Part shown: piece by piece, positions 29,360 to 38,042 of the stretch
How positions within the stretch are numbered: the first letter of the stretch is position 1
How the letters are laid out: each line of letters starts with the position of its first letter
From: a virus
Virus genome (UHGV): UHGV-0180032
Length of the DNA: 64,000 nucleotides
Strand: one strand, 5' to 3'
Notes under the pieces: model-generated
Told to the model about the DNA's origin: nothing
The model's input: only the letters and a program-made list of their open reading frames with translations
The model's database searches: none
Made by a program: the position numbers and the translations under genes

Positions 29360-30160
29360 ATGAGCAATTTACTTACTTTCCGCATGTCTGGTCAAACGTT
29401 AATGCAGATTGACGAGTACGAAAAAGAACATTTCGCTAAACCGTCTAAACTGTTGGAACGTTGCTTAAAGGTTATTCCAGGCGGCGAGCATTGTCAGCTA
29501 GATTTCGTTATGGCGTCTTCTGCTGACAAAACGGTCTCTGTTATCTACACGGTTGACGGAGTACAGGGCCATCGCTTATTACCGATTGAAGAAAAAGGTT
29601 CTTTGGGTAATTTGTTGTTCTTGCACGCAATCACGACAGCGGTAGTGACGGGTGCACTGGAAGCACAGTACGGTTTCGCGTATTGCTACTTCTACGCACA
29701 GAAGCTGGCGAATGCGGTAGTTCCAGGGGAACCAGAAACGTATCCGAAGTATATCGAACGTTTGCTTCCGACACACTTTGCTGAGTCTGACGACTATGAG
29801 TTCAATGCTTTCCGTTTCACGATGATTGGCGAAGCGCGCGATCCTGAAAACACCATTGCGCTACGTGCTGTTGTTCGTTACGCGGTAATTTCGTCTGACA
29901 GCGGAATGGCAAGCAACTTCAACGAAGTGTTCCCGGTTATGCAACTCGGTCCGTATATCACGTTTAACGCGTACGTACCGTTTACTTGTCAGTTAATCGG
30001 CCCGCAGGATAACGATTCTATCCTCCCGATTACTGAAGAGAAAGGTCTGCATATTCGTGACGCCGTAGAAGTCATCAACGATAAACGTTTTACGATCTCA
30101 TCGAAAAGCGGCATTGCTGATGAAGAACTTGCGGTCGTGAACAAAATGCAAGTGATGTAA
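29360..30160 (+). CDS. hypothetical protein (266 aa)
   Basis: ATG 29360 with AAAGGA upstream; terminator follows. Confidence 0.7.
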   Translation: MSNLLTFRMSGQTLMQIDEYEKEHFAKPSKLLERCLKVIPGGEHCQLDFVMASSADKTVSVIYTVDGVQGHRLLPIEEKGSLGNLLFLHAITTAVVTGALEAQYGFAYCYFYAQKLANAVVPGEPETYPKYIERLLPTHFAESDDYEFNAFRFTMIGEARDPENTIALRAVVRYAVISSDSGMASNFNEVFPVMQLGPYITFNAYVPFTCQLIGPQDNDSILPITEEKGLHIRDAVEVINDKRFTISSKSGIADEELAVVNKMQVM

Positions 30161-30164
30161 AATT

Positions 30165-30203
30165 ATCCCGTTACCTTTGTGGGTAACGGGATGTCCTTTT
30201 ATT
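30165..30203 (+). terminator. rho-independent terminator
   Basis: 11-bp stem atcccgttacc/ggtaacgggat followed by a T-rich tail. Confidence 0.6.
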
Positions 30204-30327
30204 TACTCGTAAATGCGTCTTAGACGCTGTTTTACACCTTAAGACGATTAATGGTGTTTAAAAAATAAAAGGTCGTCAGAATGCGATACAGCGCGTTTTA
30301 GAGGGTGATTTAATTAAAATATTTTCA

Positions 30328-30366
30328 GATATATATTACCTAGGTGAGAGAATTACGTAATACTCA
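30328..30366 (+). promoter_or_regulatory. phage promoter motif (AGATATATATTACCTAGGTGAG) plus palindrome ATTACGTAAT
   Basis: Second copy of motif; 10-bp perfect palindrome 30352-30361; ~30 nt upstream of ATG 30397. Confidence 0.45.
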
Positions 30367-30396
30367 TTTATCGAATACCTAATTAGGAGCTATATC

Positions 30397-30540
30397 ATGA
30401 TTTCTGTAAAACACAAAAAAGCTATCTTCGCTGTTGTTATCGCTGTTGTTCTGGGTTGCCTGTACCTGGATATCGATAAAGGCTACGACACTTGCATCGA
30501 CAACGGTAATTCCGTTGCACAGTGCACTGGTCGTGGTTAA
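30397..30540 (+). CDS. small putative lipoprotein (47 aa)
   Basis: SD AGGAG upstream; signal-like MISVKHKKAIFAVVIAVVLG followed by Cys (lipobox-like VLGC); own promoter motif and terminator; below ORF-track size cutoff. Confidence 0.5.
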   Translation: MISVKHKKAIFAVVIAVVLGCLYLDIDKGYDTCIDNGNSVAQCTGRG

Positions 30541-30547
30541 TGTATAA

Positions 30548-30577
30548 GGCACCTTCGGGTGCCCTTAATTTTTTATC
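30548..30577 (+). terminator. rho-independent terminator
   Basis: stem ggcacc/ggtgcc with ttcg loop, then cttaattttttatc. Confidence 0.65.
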
Positions 30578-30594
30578 TATTGGAGTATTTTTAA

Positions 30595-31410
30595 ATGAAA
30601 ACCATCAAAGACTATTTTCCGACCGGCATCAGTAGCGACCATTTCGTACCAGCGGATTCGATGGAAATTATCAGTAAGTCCGGTAGCGGTGAGTTTGTTA
30701 TTTACCTAACTAATGTAGGAGGTAGACCGAGTTTCATTCTCCTCGAGCCTAAAGAAGTAAGTGTCTGTACGGTTGCTGTAAATGTTTCTTGCGGCCTTAG
30801 CTGGTTGAAGTCCAGGCTGTTACGCTTGCTCGTGGTTAATACTGACCCAGTAGTACGCTTAGAGCGATTAAAAGCAATGAATGAGGTTATCCTAGGTTTT
30901 CTGCTACATCCTATTTACGGTAACCCTAAAGTCGCAGAAGCAATACAAAACGTACAGTTAGCAGAGTGGAGTGATATTGACTACGAGCGTGCCTCTGAAT
31001 TTGTATTACAGGCAGACGACAACACCGGTGTGTTCTCACAAACGTTGGATAACGTAACGGTAACCGCACGTGTGTTGTTTGGTCTGCAACGCGTAGAGTT
31101 TGAATTGAAACACGTCTACGTGAGCAATAAGCCAGAGATGGTGGAGACGTTGATTCGTGCGTTCGCTTATCCGTTAGACGGCGAATGGGAACAGCAGATT
31201 AATGAAGCGTTAGGAGCCATGCATTTCCTGGCTGAAACGTTAAGGAAGGATGAGAAATTGAAAGGTCGTGTTTATCCAGAACACGATTTTGTTTGTGAAG
31301 AATGTGGAGCACAGTATCAAATCCGTGTTCCTTTAACCGGCCTAACATTCCCGCAAGCCAACGTGCAATGTAAGGAATGTGGTCATGTTCAATACGTAGC
31401 GATTAAATAA
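30595..31410 (+). CDS. hypothetical protein (271 aa) with C-terminal zinc-ribbon-like CEECG...CKECG
   Basis: ATG with GGAG upstream; terminator follows. Confidence 0.7.
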   Translation: MKTIKDYFPTGISSDHFVPADSMEIISKSGSGEFVIYLTNVGGRPSFILLEPKEVSVCTVAVNVSCGLSWLKSRLLRLLVVNTDPVVRLERLKAMNEVILGFLLHPIYGNPKVAEAIQNVQLAEWSDIDYERASEFVLQADDNTGVFSQTLDNVTVTARVLFGLQRVEFELKHVYVSNKPEMVETLIRAFAYPLDGEWEQQINEALGAMHFLAETLRKDEKLKGRVYPEHDFVCEECGAQYQIRVPLTGLTFPQANVQCKECGHVQYVAIK

Positions 31411-31415
31411 AAGCA

Positions 31416-31460
31416 ACCCCTAATCCCGAAAAGGATTAGGGGTACACTTTATTTATTTTC
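31416..31460 (+). terminator. rho-independent terminator
   Basis: stem acccctaatcc/ggattaggggt followed by a T-rich tail. Confidence 0.65.
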
Positions 31461-31486
31461 GCAATTTCAACATAGGAGAAAAGTTC

Positions 31487-31645
31487 ATGAAACATGAACA
31501 GTTGTTTCAAAGGTTAAACGAGTTGTCCGTAAAACAGCTCGAATTTCAACGAAGGGTTAGTGAAATAGCGCAACCAACGTTAACTCAGCCCAAAGTTGCT
31601 TACCCAAGAAACACCCAGTTGATAGTTGAAAGGAGAAGTAACTGA
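31487..31645 (+). CDS. small protein, tandem paralog 1 of 3 (52 aa, ends ERRSN)
   Basis: ATG with AGGAGAA 6 nt upstream; paralogous to the next two small genes; G-rich hairpin follows; below ORF-track size cutoff. Confidence 0.45.
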   Translation: MKHEQLFQRLNELSVKQLEFQRRVSEIAQPTLTQPKVAYPRNTQLIVERRSN

Positions 31646-31649
31646 TAAA
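31628..31649 (+). repeat. 22-nt repeat gaaaggagaagtaactgataaa, identical to 31950..31971
   Basis: Exact identity at the 3' ends of two otherwise diverged paralogs. Confidence 0.9.
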
Positions 31650-31799
31650 AAAACAAGGGGGTGCTGTCACACCCCTTATCATAGCTTTATCTTTTCGAAA
31701 GAGAAGATAAAGCAGTAGGGACTGCGCCAACAGTCCTTACTTGTCATCGCTATTACTAAACGTGATAGCACAATTCTAATTTGTTAGAGGCGATCAGAA

Positions 31800-31967
31800 A
31801 TGTTCGACAGTATTACGCAAATTTTTAATACTACCGTAAACAATCACGCTCAGCAAGCGAGGTTTAATGAACGACTAAGAGAAGTTCAACAATTAGGATT
31901 AAATAAAAGATTAAATTCTTCCAATAATCCTCGAGTACAGATCTTCACCGAAAGGAGAAGTAACTGA
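31800..31967 (+). CDS. small protein, tandem paralog 2 of 3 (55 aa, ends ERRSN)
   Basis: ATG with GAGG upstream; shares Q.FN...RFN.R...LGL pattern with paralog 3; hairpin follows. Confidence 0.45.
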   Translation: MFDSITQIFNTTVNNHAQQARFNERLREVQQLGLNKRLNSSNNPRVQIFTERRSN

Positions 31968-31971
31968 TAAA
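31950..31971 (+). repeat. 22-nt repeat, identical to 31628..31649
   Basis: Exact identity read directly. Confidence 0.9.
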
Positions 31972-32065
31972 CACAAGGTTCGCTGTTGTAGCAGCGAACC
32001 TTTTACAACACCATTACGTTTCCGTAATGGATTTCTTTAATCACCCTACAAAGAGGGCTTATGCC

Positions 32066-32137
32066 ATGAACGATACGGTGCCAACGCATAAAGACGTTGG
32101 CGTTTCTTACAACGTTACTAAAGGTAATGAAAAATGA
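32066..32137 (+). CDS. candidate 23-codon leader ORF translationally coupled to paralog 3
   Basis: ATG with AGAGGG upstream; stop TGA 32135-32137 overlaps ATG 32134-32136 of next gene; begins with the same ATGAACGAT as that gene. Confidence 0.3.
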   Translation: MNDTVPTHKDVGVSYNVTKGNEK

Positions 32138-32304
32138 ACGATTATCAATTACAGATGTTTAATGCGGCGATGCGTAACCGTGAAAAACAAATTCAGTTCA
32201 ACCAACGCATGGATGAATATGTTCGTCTCGGTCTTGTTGCGGCACCTAAAACATCTAATAACCAGAATATACAGCAACCCTATGTAAGGAGAACTGGCTA
32301 CTAA
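32134..32304 (+). CDS. small protein, tandem paralog 3 of 3 (56 aa, ends VRRTGY)
   Basis: ATGA-coupled to upstream leader ORF; AGG-AGA pair near stop as in paralogs 1 and 2; G-rich hairpin 32316-32337 follows. Confidence 0.45.
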   Translation: MNDYQLQMFNAAMRNREKQIQFNQRMDEYVRLGLVAAPKTSNNQNIQQPYVRRTGY

Positions 32305-32442
32305 TTAACTAATACAGGGGGTGCACTACCACCCCCTACTTAGTTCAGTAGTTGTCTTTCGTTCATAATTATTAGGTGACTTGTTTTTTTTTGCTTTTCG
32401 GGACGCATAAGGGGTCGTAGGGGGAGCCGAAGCTCCCCAGAC

Positions 32443-34005
32443 TCAAAAGAGTTCGTCTCCCATACCGCCTGTAAAGACGTTAATCGACGATGCAGTCACT
32501 GTTTCTTCTTTATCGCAATCCCAAGGCAGAATGCCAACTTCACGGAAAGGTATTACTGTATAATGGTAAGCTTCTTTAGTATCGATAATTGTACGGTGTT
32601 TACCACGTTGTACTTCTAAGTAACTATGTCCATTGACAACACGTTTGTTAAAATACATCTCACCGTCAGCTTCGTTATCCAAGCTGGAGCAGTTATCGTA
32701 AAGACCGCGACCTGGTAAGTTCTTACAGAAACTTGCTGGGTCTAACGCTTTTAATTTTTTGCCTTCTGGTGAGATTTGGTGTGGTGCTAACAAGAAACCA
32801 CGGTTACGTACTACCTGGATGTTTCGAGCGATACGATAAATTTCTTTAATGTCGCTACCGGCAATCCCGTTACCGTGACCTGCTTTACTGATAGTCCCGA
32901 AATAGTCTCCGCGAATCCCAGCTACATGATAACCTCGACGCTTTAAGTCCAGTATTAAGTCGTTTAAGTAGTGTATTTTAAAATCTGAGTTTGTGTGTTT
33001 CTGAAAGATGTATTCCCAACCGTTAGCCCGCATTTTACTACAGAGGTAGTCCGACATTTTTGTGTTGTGTAAAGCTTTCTCTTCGTCGGTAGCGTTTTCA
33101 GAAGCAACCATAACCGGTGCTTCACCTTCAAAATGGCCGTAGAGCGCTTGGTACGCATACGCCAAGTTAACGTCCAGTTCGTTCTCTAAACTTAAATCGA
33201 GAATAACCGGCTGCAAATCCCCTTTAACGTTTTCCATTACTTTTTCAGGTGTATTGAATACCGGAATACTGATAGACAACAACAGACTAAAAAGTGATTT
33301 ACAGTTAAAGGGCAGTGCAGGCATTAACCAAAGTTCTTCGGTAATCCCTTTGTTACAACCCAGCATCTGGTTAATGGCTTTCCATCCGGTACGTAAACCG
33401 TTACCCGCTGCTTTCTTACTGATGGAGTCGAACACGTGTACGAACGGTGCACGGTTATCGGTAATAAGCTCGCCTACGAGTGAGGGAATCTTATTATGAG
33501 AGCGTTCACTGAACGTAGAGAGACTATCTCTGAGGTCGTTGAGCGCCGTTTGTAAATCAACGCGCGTTTCGGTTCCGTTCAGTGCGCCTAACGTACGACC
33601 TAATTTTTGTTTCAGTTGTACGCCTTGAATAGCTTGACGTAATTGGAAGTAGTATTGTGCTACTTGACGGTTAAGATGCTCGATGCGTGCTTCTGGTTCT
33701 TCTGGAATATCATCTTCCAGGAATTTGGTAATCGTATCGTATAGAGGACGTATTTGCGTAGTGGCCAACTTCAAACGTTTCATGACGTTTGTGTGGTCGT
33801 AAGGCATACCGCCGTCTATGATGGATGTGATGATATCCTTGATTTCGACGAGGGCGGCACGTTCGTCACCTTCCTCTACGTAATCAGGAAGCTTAGCCTC
33901 TAACAGCACTTTTCTTATGACCTCATGATCCTTCTCAGGGTCGGTCAACAGACTTTCAGTGTATAGTGTGGCTAATGCGGTTATCAACATCATTTTGTTA
34001 TTCAT
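32443..34005 (-). CDS. hypothetical protein (520 aa) with possible N-terminal signal peptide
   Basis: Single minus-strand gene between plus-strand units; ATG with AAGGA upstream; N-terminus MNNKMMLITALATLYT is signal-like. Confidence 0.65.
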   Translation of the reverse strand: MNNKMMLITALATLYTESLLTDPEKDHEVIRKVLLEAKLPDYVEEGDERAALVEIKDIITSIIDGGMPYDHTNVMKRLKLATTQIRPLYDTITKFLEDDIPEEPEARIEHLNRQVAQYYFQLRQAIQGVQLKQKLGRTLGALNGTETRVDLQTALNDLRDSLSTFSERSHNKIPSLVGELITDNRAPFVHVFDSISKKAAGNGLRTGWKAINQMLGCNKGITEELWLMPALPFNCKSLFSLLLSISIPVFNTPEKVMENVKGDLQPVILDLSLENELDVNLAYAYQALYGHFEGEAPVMVASENATDEEKALHNTKMSDYLCSKMRANGWEYIFQKHTNSDFKIHYLNDLILDLKRRGYHVAGIRGDYFGTISKAGHGNGIAGSDIKEIYRIARNIQVVRNRGFLLAPHQISPEGKKLKALDPASFCKNLPGRGLYDNCSSLDNEADGEMYFNKRVVNGHSYLEVQRGKHRTIIDTKEAYHYTVIPFREVGILPWDCDKEETVTASSINVFTGGMGDELF

Positions 34006-34018
34006 GGAGCATCCTTAA

Positions 34019-34543
34019 ATGCAAATTCGTTTTAGTCCACCGTGGGAAGTTCAGCCTAACATAGATAAAGGCGCTGCCGTTAAAAGTGTAGAATTGCTCC
34101 AGGCAGGGTTCTTTAACTGGTTATATGACTGTCCGAATGGTTTCAGTTCTATCATTATACCTGAAGTAAGTCGTTCTGCTATTTATAAAGCGTTAATGGC
34201 TCCGCCTGTGCTTCCAGGTAAATATTATGATCAGGTGTTACGTCTGGTCGAATCAGGCGAAAAGGTTTCCCTTGACGATTTATATGGGGAAACAATTCCT
34301 TGTCGCTTACGCTGGGTCTTTACCCAACGTGGTGATACGATTGTGGCGTCATTTGCAGAAGCGAAGTCCGGTTCGGGTTTTTCTTCGGGTGAAGACCACG
34401 CTGCGAAAAAGATGTTCTGCGCAGAACTTTTTAAATATATGCGTACCAAGACTCGCGTCGTGGATGACTGCTTCAGTACCTCAACGCAGTTTGCCGCTAA
34501 CGAAGTGCTGACGCAATTATACGCATGTCATTTATCTCATTAA
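34019..34543 (+). CDS. hypothetical protein (174 aa)
   Basis: ATG 13 nt from the divergent minus-strand start; immediately upstream of capsid-like gene. Confidence 0.7.
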   Translation: MQIRFSPPWEVQPNIDKGAAVKSVELLQAGFFNWLYDCPNGFSSIIIPEVSRSAIYKALMAPPVLPGKYYDQVLRLVESGEKVSLDDLYGETIPCRLRWVFTQRGDTIVASFAEAKSGSGFSSGEDHAAKKMFCAELFKYMRTKTRVVDDCFSTSTQFAANEVLTQLYACHLSH

Positions 34544-34555
34544 GGTATTAAACAA

Positions 34556-36841
34556 ATGAAAGATACCCGAATCTCTAATTTAGAGAAACTCGTAGAAGCC
34601 GGTACTAGTCTGGCCCAAAACGTCATCGGCAACAACACCGCCAGCGAAATGTGGAATACGATTGTTGCAGGCGAGTCCGTACGCAGCAACGCAAAAGTGT
34701 TTGGCGCTCTGCGTGACGAAGCATCACAGCACTATGCCAACGCTTTTGGTGGCAAGAAAATGTCTCATGCTGCGACTGTCGCCTCCGCAATGATTCTGGG
34801 CGCAGCTAACCACGGTAAAGACCTGCAAGAACGTGTTGCCCAGGAATACGCTAAGCCGGAATTCCACACCAAGTATAACCTGGATATTGGTATCCCTGGT
34901 GCGCAAGGTGGTGACTGGGGTCGTGAGCGCATGGTTGTTGCTCAGGAATACTACAGCAACAAAGACTACGACAAAAACCTGGGCCTGACCTGGACCCTGA
35001 ACGTACGTGCTCTGGAAACTCAGTCCAAGTTTGCTGAAACACTGTTCCCGACCATTACCGTTGACACCAACGATGTTGGTATTACCGTACGTACTAAAGT
35101 GACTACCGTTTCTCGCGGTATCATGCACGCGCTGCTGAGCAAAGACGTGGTTGAAGACCATCGTCGTCCGCTGCACAACGCACTGACTGACCACACCGTT
35201 CTCCAGGACGAAGCGATCAACATCGTTCCTTACGTAATGGAAACCGGTGAAAACCAGGAATACTTCGTAAGCGAAGAACTGGTTCCGAACGAAACCGTTC
35301 GCCTGGGTCGTGTACCTCCGTATCCGACTAACTACCTGAGCTTTGCAAACGACACGCTGAACCTGTTCCAGCTGTCTGCGCATCCGGGTATCGTTCAGGA
35401 AGGTTACGATGAAACTGATGAAATCGCACCGGGTTGTGCTCTGGGCAGCCTGCTGATTTCTGTACGTAAACCGACCGAAGAAGCGAAAGCGGGTAAATTC
35501 ATCAAACTGCACGTTCGTGACATGCAGTTCGCAACCTTCCAGCGTCCTGCTGAAGGTGACGGCCGTGAACTGGTTCTGCAATTCCGTCGTACCGCGTTCT
35601 CTCTGAATGCGAAAACTACTGACTGGACTGGTGCAGCTATTCCGGCTCTGCAAGCACTGGGTCAGAACTCCTACACCCTGCGCTACGTTATCACCATCAC
35701 CATGTCCCTGTTCACCAGCGGCCAGTTCGGTGGTAAAGTAGACATTTCCGGCCACAAACTGGAAATCGAAGGTCTGTACGATGCAACTGGTAACAAAGTT
35801 GATACCAAGTCTGGCACCGGTAAAGTTATCCTGGACGGCCTGAAACTCGAACTGATGGGCTGGCGCTTCGATGGTACTCGTACCAACGAAAACCGTCGTT
35901 CCCAGGGTCTGCTGCTTGACCCAATTTGGGAACAGGAAAACTACAAACTGCAATACGGTTCTCCGATTCTGACCAAGTCTCCGGTTGGTGTTGAATACGA
36001 CGACACTGAACGTCTGGACGACCTGATCTCTGCGGTGAACATCCGTAACGAACAGCTGGCGATTACTCAGACGCTGTCTTACACCGAAGCAGTACGTAAC
36101 GCAGCCGCTGCGATGATCACTCCGTGGGACAAACCGGCTATTCGTGGTCTGGGCCGTCACTGGGTTGCTCCGTGGTTCAAAGAGTCTGACTACAAAGTCG
36201 ATGAAGTTGTTCAGTCTCTGGATACCAAAGAAGCGCTGATCAACGCTCGTCAGGGTCTGTTGCAGCGTATCGGTAGCCAGGTAACTCAGGCTATCCAGGA
36301 TTCTCGTTTCATTCCTGCACTGCGCCTGCTGACCGCTGATCCGGACATTCTGCCGAAAGTTATCATCGCAACTGACGAACCGACTGCATCTATGCTGCTG
36401 CTGGTTCAGGGCGACCAACGTCTGCTGGGCGACCGTTATGAATACGAAGTCGTTACCACCAACGATGACCGCTGGCGTATCTACAACGCAGCTGACGATT
36501 CCTGGACTCGTCGTCTGCAATGGTTCCTGAAAGTTCCGACTGCGGACGATGGTTCCTACTGCGTACTGAACTGGGGTAACCACTTCTGGTCTCCGATCAT
36601 GGTTACCAACATCAACATCCAGCGTAACGGTTCTACCTCTAAAGAACTGGCTGTACAGCCGCGTAACGCGCATATCTGCCACTGCCCGATCACTGGTCTG
36701 ATTTGGGTTAAAGGCATCACCAAACTGGTTGAAGAAAAACTGGCTTACAACGTTTCTGTAGAACAGAACGGCCAGAAACAAACCGAAGGTGGTGTAGCAG
36801 GTAATGTTGCTGGCGACGGTAAAGACAAAGCTGGTAAATAA
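34556..36841 (+). CDS. major capsid protein candidate (761 aa, phiKZ-like size class)
   Basis: Very strong host-optimal codon bias (ctg, cgt, ggt, acc, aaa); length matches jumbo-phage major capsid proteins; strong terminator follows; product assignment is by size and expression signature only. Confidence 0.55.
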   Translation: MKDTRISNLEKLVEAGTSLAQNVIGNNTASEMWNTIVAGESVRSNAKVFGALRDEASQHYANAFGGKKMSHAATVASAMILGAANHGKDLQERVAQEYAKPEFHTKYNLDIGIPGAQGGDWGRERMVVAQEYYSNKDYDKNLGLTWTLNVRALETQSKFAETLFPTITVDTNDVGITVRTKVTTVSRGIMHALLSKDVVEDHRRPLHNALTDHTVLQDEAINIVPYVMETGENQEYFVSEELVPNETVRLGRVPPYPTNYLSFANDTLNLFQLSAHPGIVQEGYDETDEIAPGCALGSLLISVRKPTEEAKAGKFIKLHVRDMQFATFQRPAEGDGRELVLQFRRTAFSLNAKTTDWTGAAIPALQALGQNSYTLRYVITITMSLFTSGQFGGKVDISGHKLEIEGLYDATGNKVDTKSGTGKVILDGLKLELMGWRFDGTRTNENRRSQGLLLDPIWEQENYKLQYGSPILTKSPVGVEYDDTERLDDLISAVNIRNEQLAITQTLSYTEAVRNAAAAMITPWDKPAIRGLGRHWVAPWFKESDYKVDEVVQSLDTKEALINARQGLLQRIGSQVTQAIQDSRFIPALRLLTADPDILPKVIIATDEPTASMLLLVQGDQRLLGDRYEYEVVTTNDDRWRIYNAADDSWTRRLQWFLKVPTADDGSYCVLNWGNHFWSPIMVTNINIQRNGSTSKELAVQPRNAHICHCPITGLIWVKGITKLVEEKLAYNVSVEQNGQKQTEGGVAGNVAGDGKDKAGK

Positions 36842-36856
36842 TACCGAATAAAAAGT

Positions 36857-36897
36857 GTCTAAGCCCTTCGGGGCTTAGACCTTTTATTTTTTTCTTT
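36857..36897 (+). terminator. rho-independent terminator
   Basis: stem gtctaagccc/gggcttagac with ttcg loop, then a 17-nt T-rich run. Confidence 0.8.
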
Positions 36898-36910
36898 CTA
36901 TTATTTTTTG

Positions 36911-36940
36911 GATAGATATTATCAAAGGGAGACTGTCAGT
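36911..36940 (+). promoter_or_regulatory. degenerate copy of phage promoter motif (GATAGATATTATC)
   Basis: Resembles the AGATAGATATTACC copy at 57829; start of a low-GC island. Confidence 0.3.
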
Positions 36941-36958
36941 TGGTTTAAAGGAGACTTT

Positions 36959-37009
36959 ATGGAAAAAATACATTTAAGACTAAAGATATGTACCATTATT
37001 AAAACTTAA
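36959..37009 (+). CDS. candidate 16-codon upstream ORF (MEKIHLRLKICTIIKT)
   Basis: SD AAAGGAG 5 nt upstream; rich in rare codons ATA, AGA, CTA; ends 12 nt before ATG 37022, which lacks its own SD. Confidence 0.3.
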   Translation: MEKIHLRLKICTIIKT

Positions 37010-37021
37010 TCTGGCCCCTAC

Positions 37022-38032
37022 ATGAACCGTCTTGATATTGATGTGGTACCCAGTATTACTGACCGTTCGTTGTATCAAAGGTCAGGACTACAAAAACTCA
37101 TCACTTTTGAGAATAATACTGGTGTGCCAATTTACGTCACTGAAACCAGTGGCGGTAGCTTTATTTTAACTCCGTCCAAAAGCCCGGCTGATGAGCATGG
37201 GGTTGTTGTTTATGTAACGTATCAATCGTTCGGAAATCTGGCTAACCTGAACGGGTTTGCAGAAGTCTTACCAGAAAAACAATTCACTAAATTTTGTGCA
37301 GATTTAAAGGAGAAAGGAGAGGTCACACTCCGATACGTGGTTGACGATATCGGTGCTTTATTACGTGGGGACTTGGTTGTATTGAAGCAGCTAGGATTCG
37401 CATTTTCAATTACACCAGTTCGATTAGAAAGTACGCCACCGAGCGTAAGGCCAGGAGGTGAGAGAACTGAATTTACATTAGGTGTTATTGTTGTGCAGCG
37501 TTACGACGATCCCGAACTATATCGTTGGATTAGATTCTACGGAACGCGCATGGAAGTACAACCGATACTATCGCGGTATTACGAACCGGGTGTGTATATG
37601 GTAATCGGAGGAGGAGACAAAGTAGAAGGGAGTAGGATGATTCACTTCGAGTTCGATGACTTATTGTCACCGTTCCGTGTTTTTAAAGATAAAGAAACAG
37701 CCACTGCGTTTCGATGGCAAGAAACGTTACCGGATATTCACGAGATAAAGGAAAAGCTGGAAAGTCAATACAGAGAAAAATTAGAAAGTTTGGATTCGGC
37801 AAAAGACAAACTGGAAATAGAACACAAAAAACAACTACAGAATTTGGCTTTGGAAAAGGAGCGTTTGACTCTAGCGTATAAACAACAAGAACTAGAAGCA
37901 AAGTCTCGGGCAGAGGCACGAAAAGAATTCTACGAGACTCGTTCTTACATTCGTAAAGATGGGTCAGACCTATTTAAATCAGTCCCTGCGTATCTGGCGG
38001 CGGGTGTCGCATTTATAGGGATGCTAAAGTAA
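37022..38032 (+). CDS. hypothetical protein (336 aa) with C-terminal coiled coil and hydrophobic tail
   Basis: AT-rich, rare-codon-rich ORF; heptad-like EKLESQYREKLESLDSAKDKLE; C-terminal AYLAAGVAFIGMLK. Confidence 0.65.
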   Translation: MNRLDIDVVPSITDRSLYQRSGLQKLITFENNTGVPIYVTETSGGSFILTPSKSPADEHGVVVYVTYQSFGNLANLNGFAEVLPEKQFTKFCADLKEKGEVTLRYVVDDIGALLRGDLVVLKQLGFAFSITPVRLESTPPSVRPGGERTEFTLGVIVVQRYDDPELYRWIRFYGTRMEVQPILSRYYEPGVYMVIGGGDKVEGSRMIHFEFDDLLSPFRVFKDKETATAFRWQETLPDIHEIKEKLESQYREKLESLDSAKDKLEIEHKKQLQNLALEKERLTLAYKQQELEAKSRAEARKEFYETRSYIRKDGSDLFKSVPAYLAAGVAFIGMLK

Positions 38033-38042
38033 GGAGCGTGGC

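Noticed and set aside
34724-36781. 685-aa minus-strand ORF antisense to the capsid-like gene
   Set aside because: Lies entirely inside a highly codon-biased plus-strand gene; its translation is low-complexity and V/R/Q/T-rich, typical of an antisense artefact; no independent start signal.
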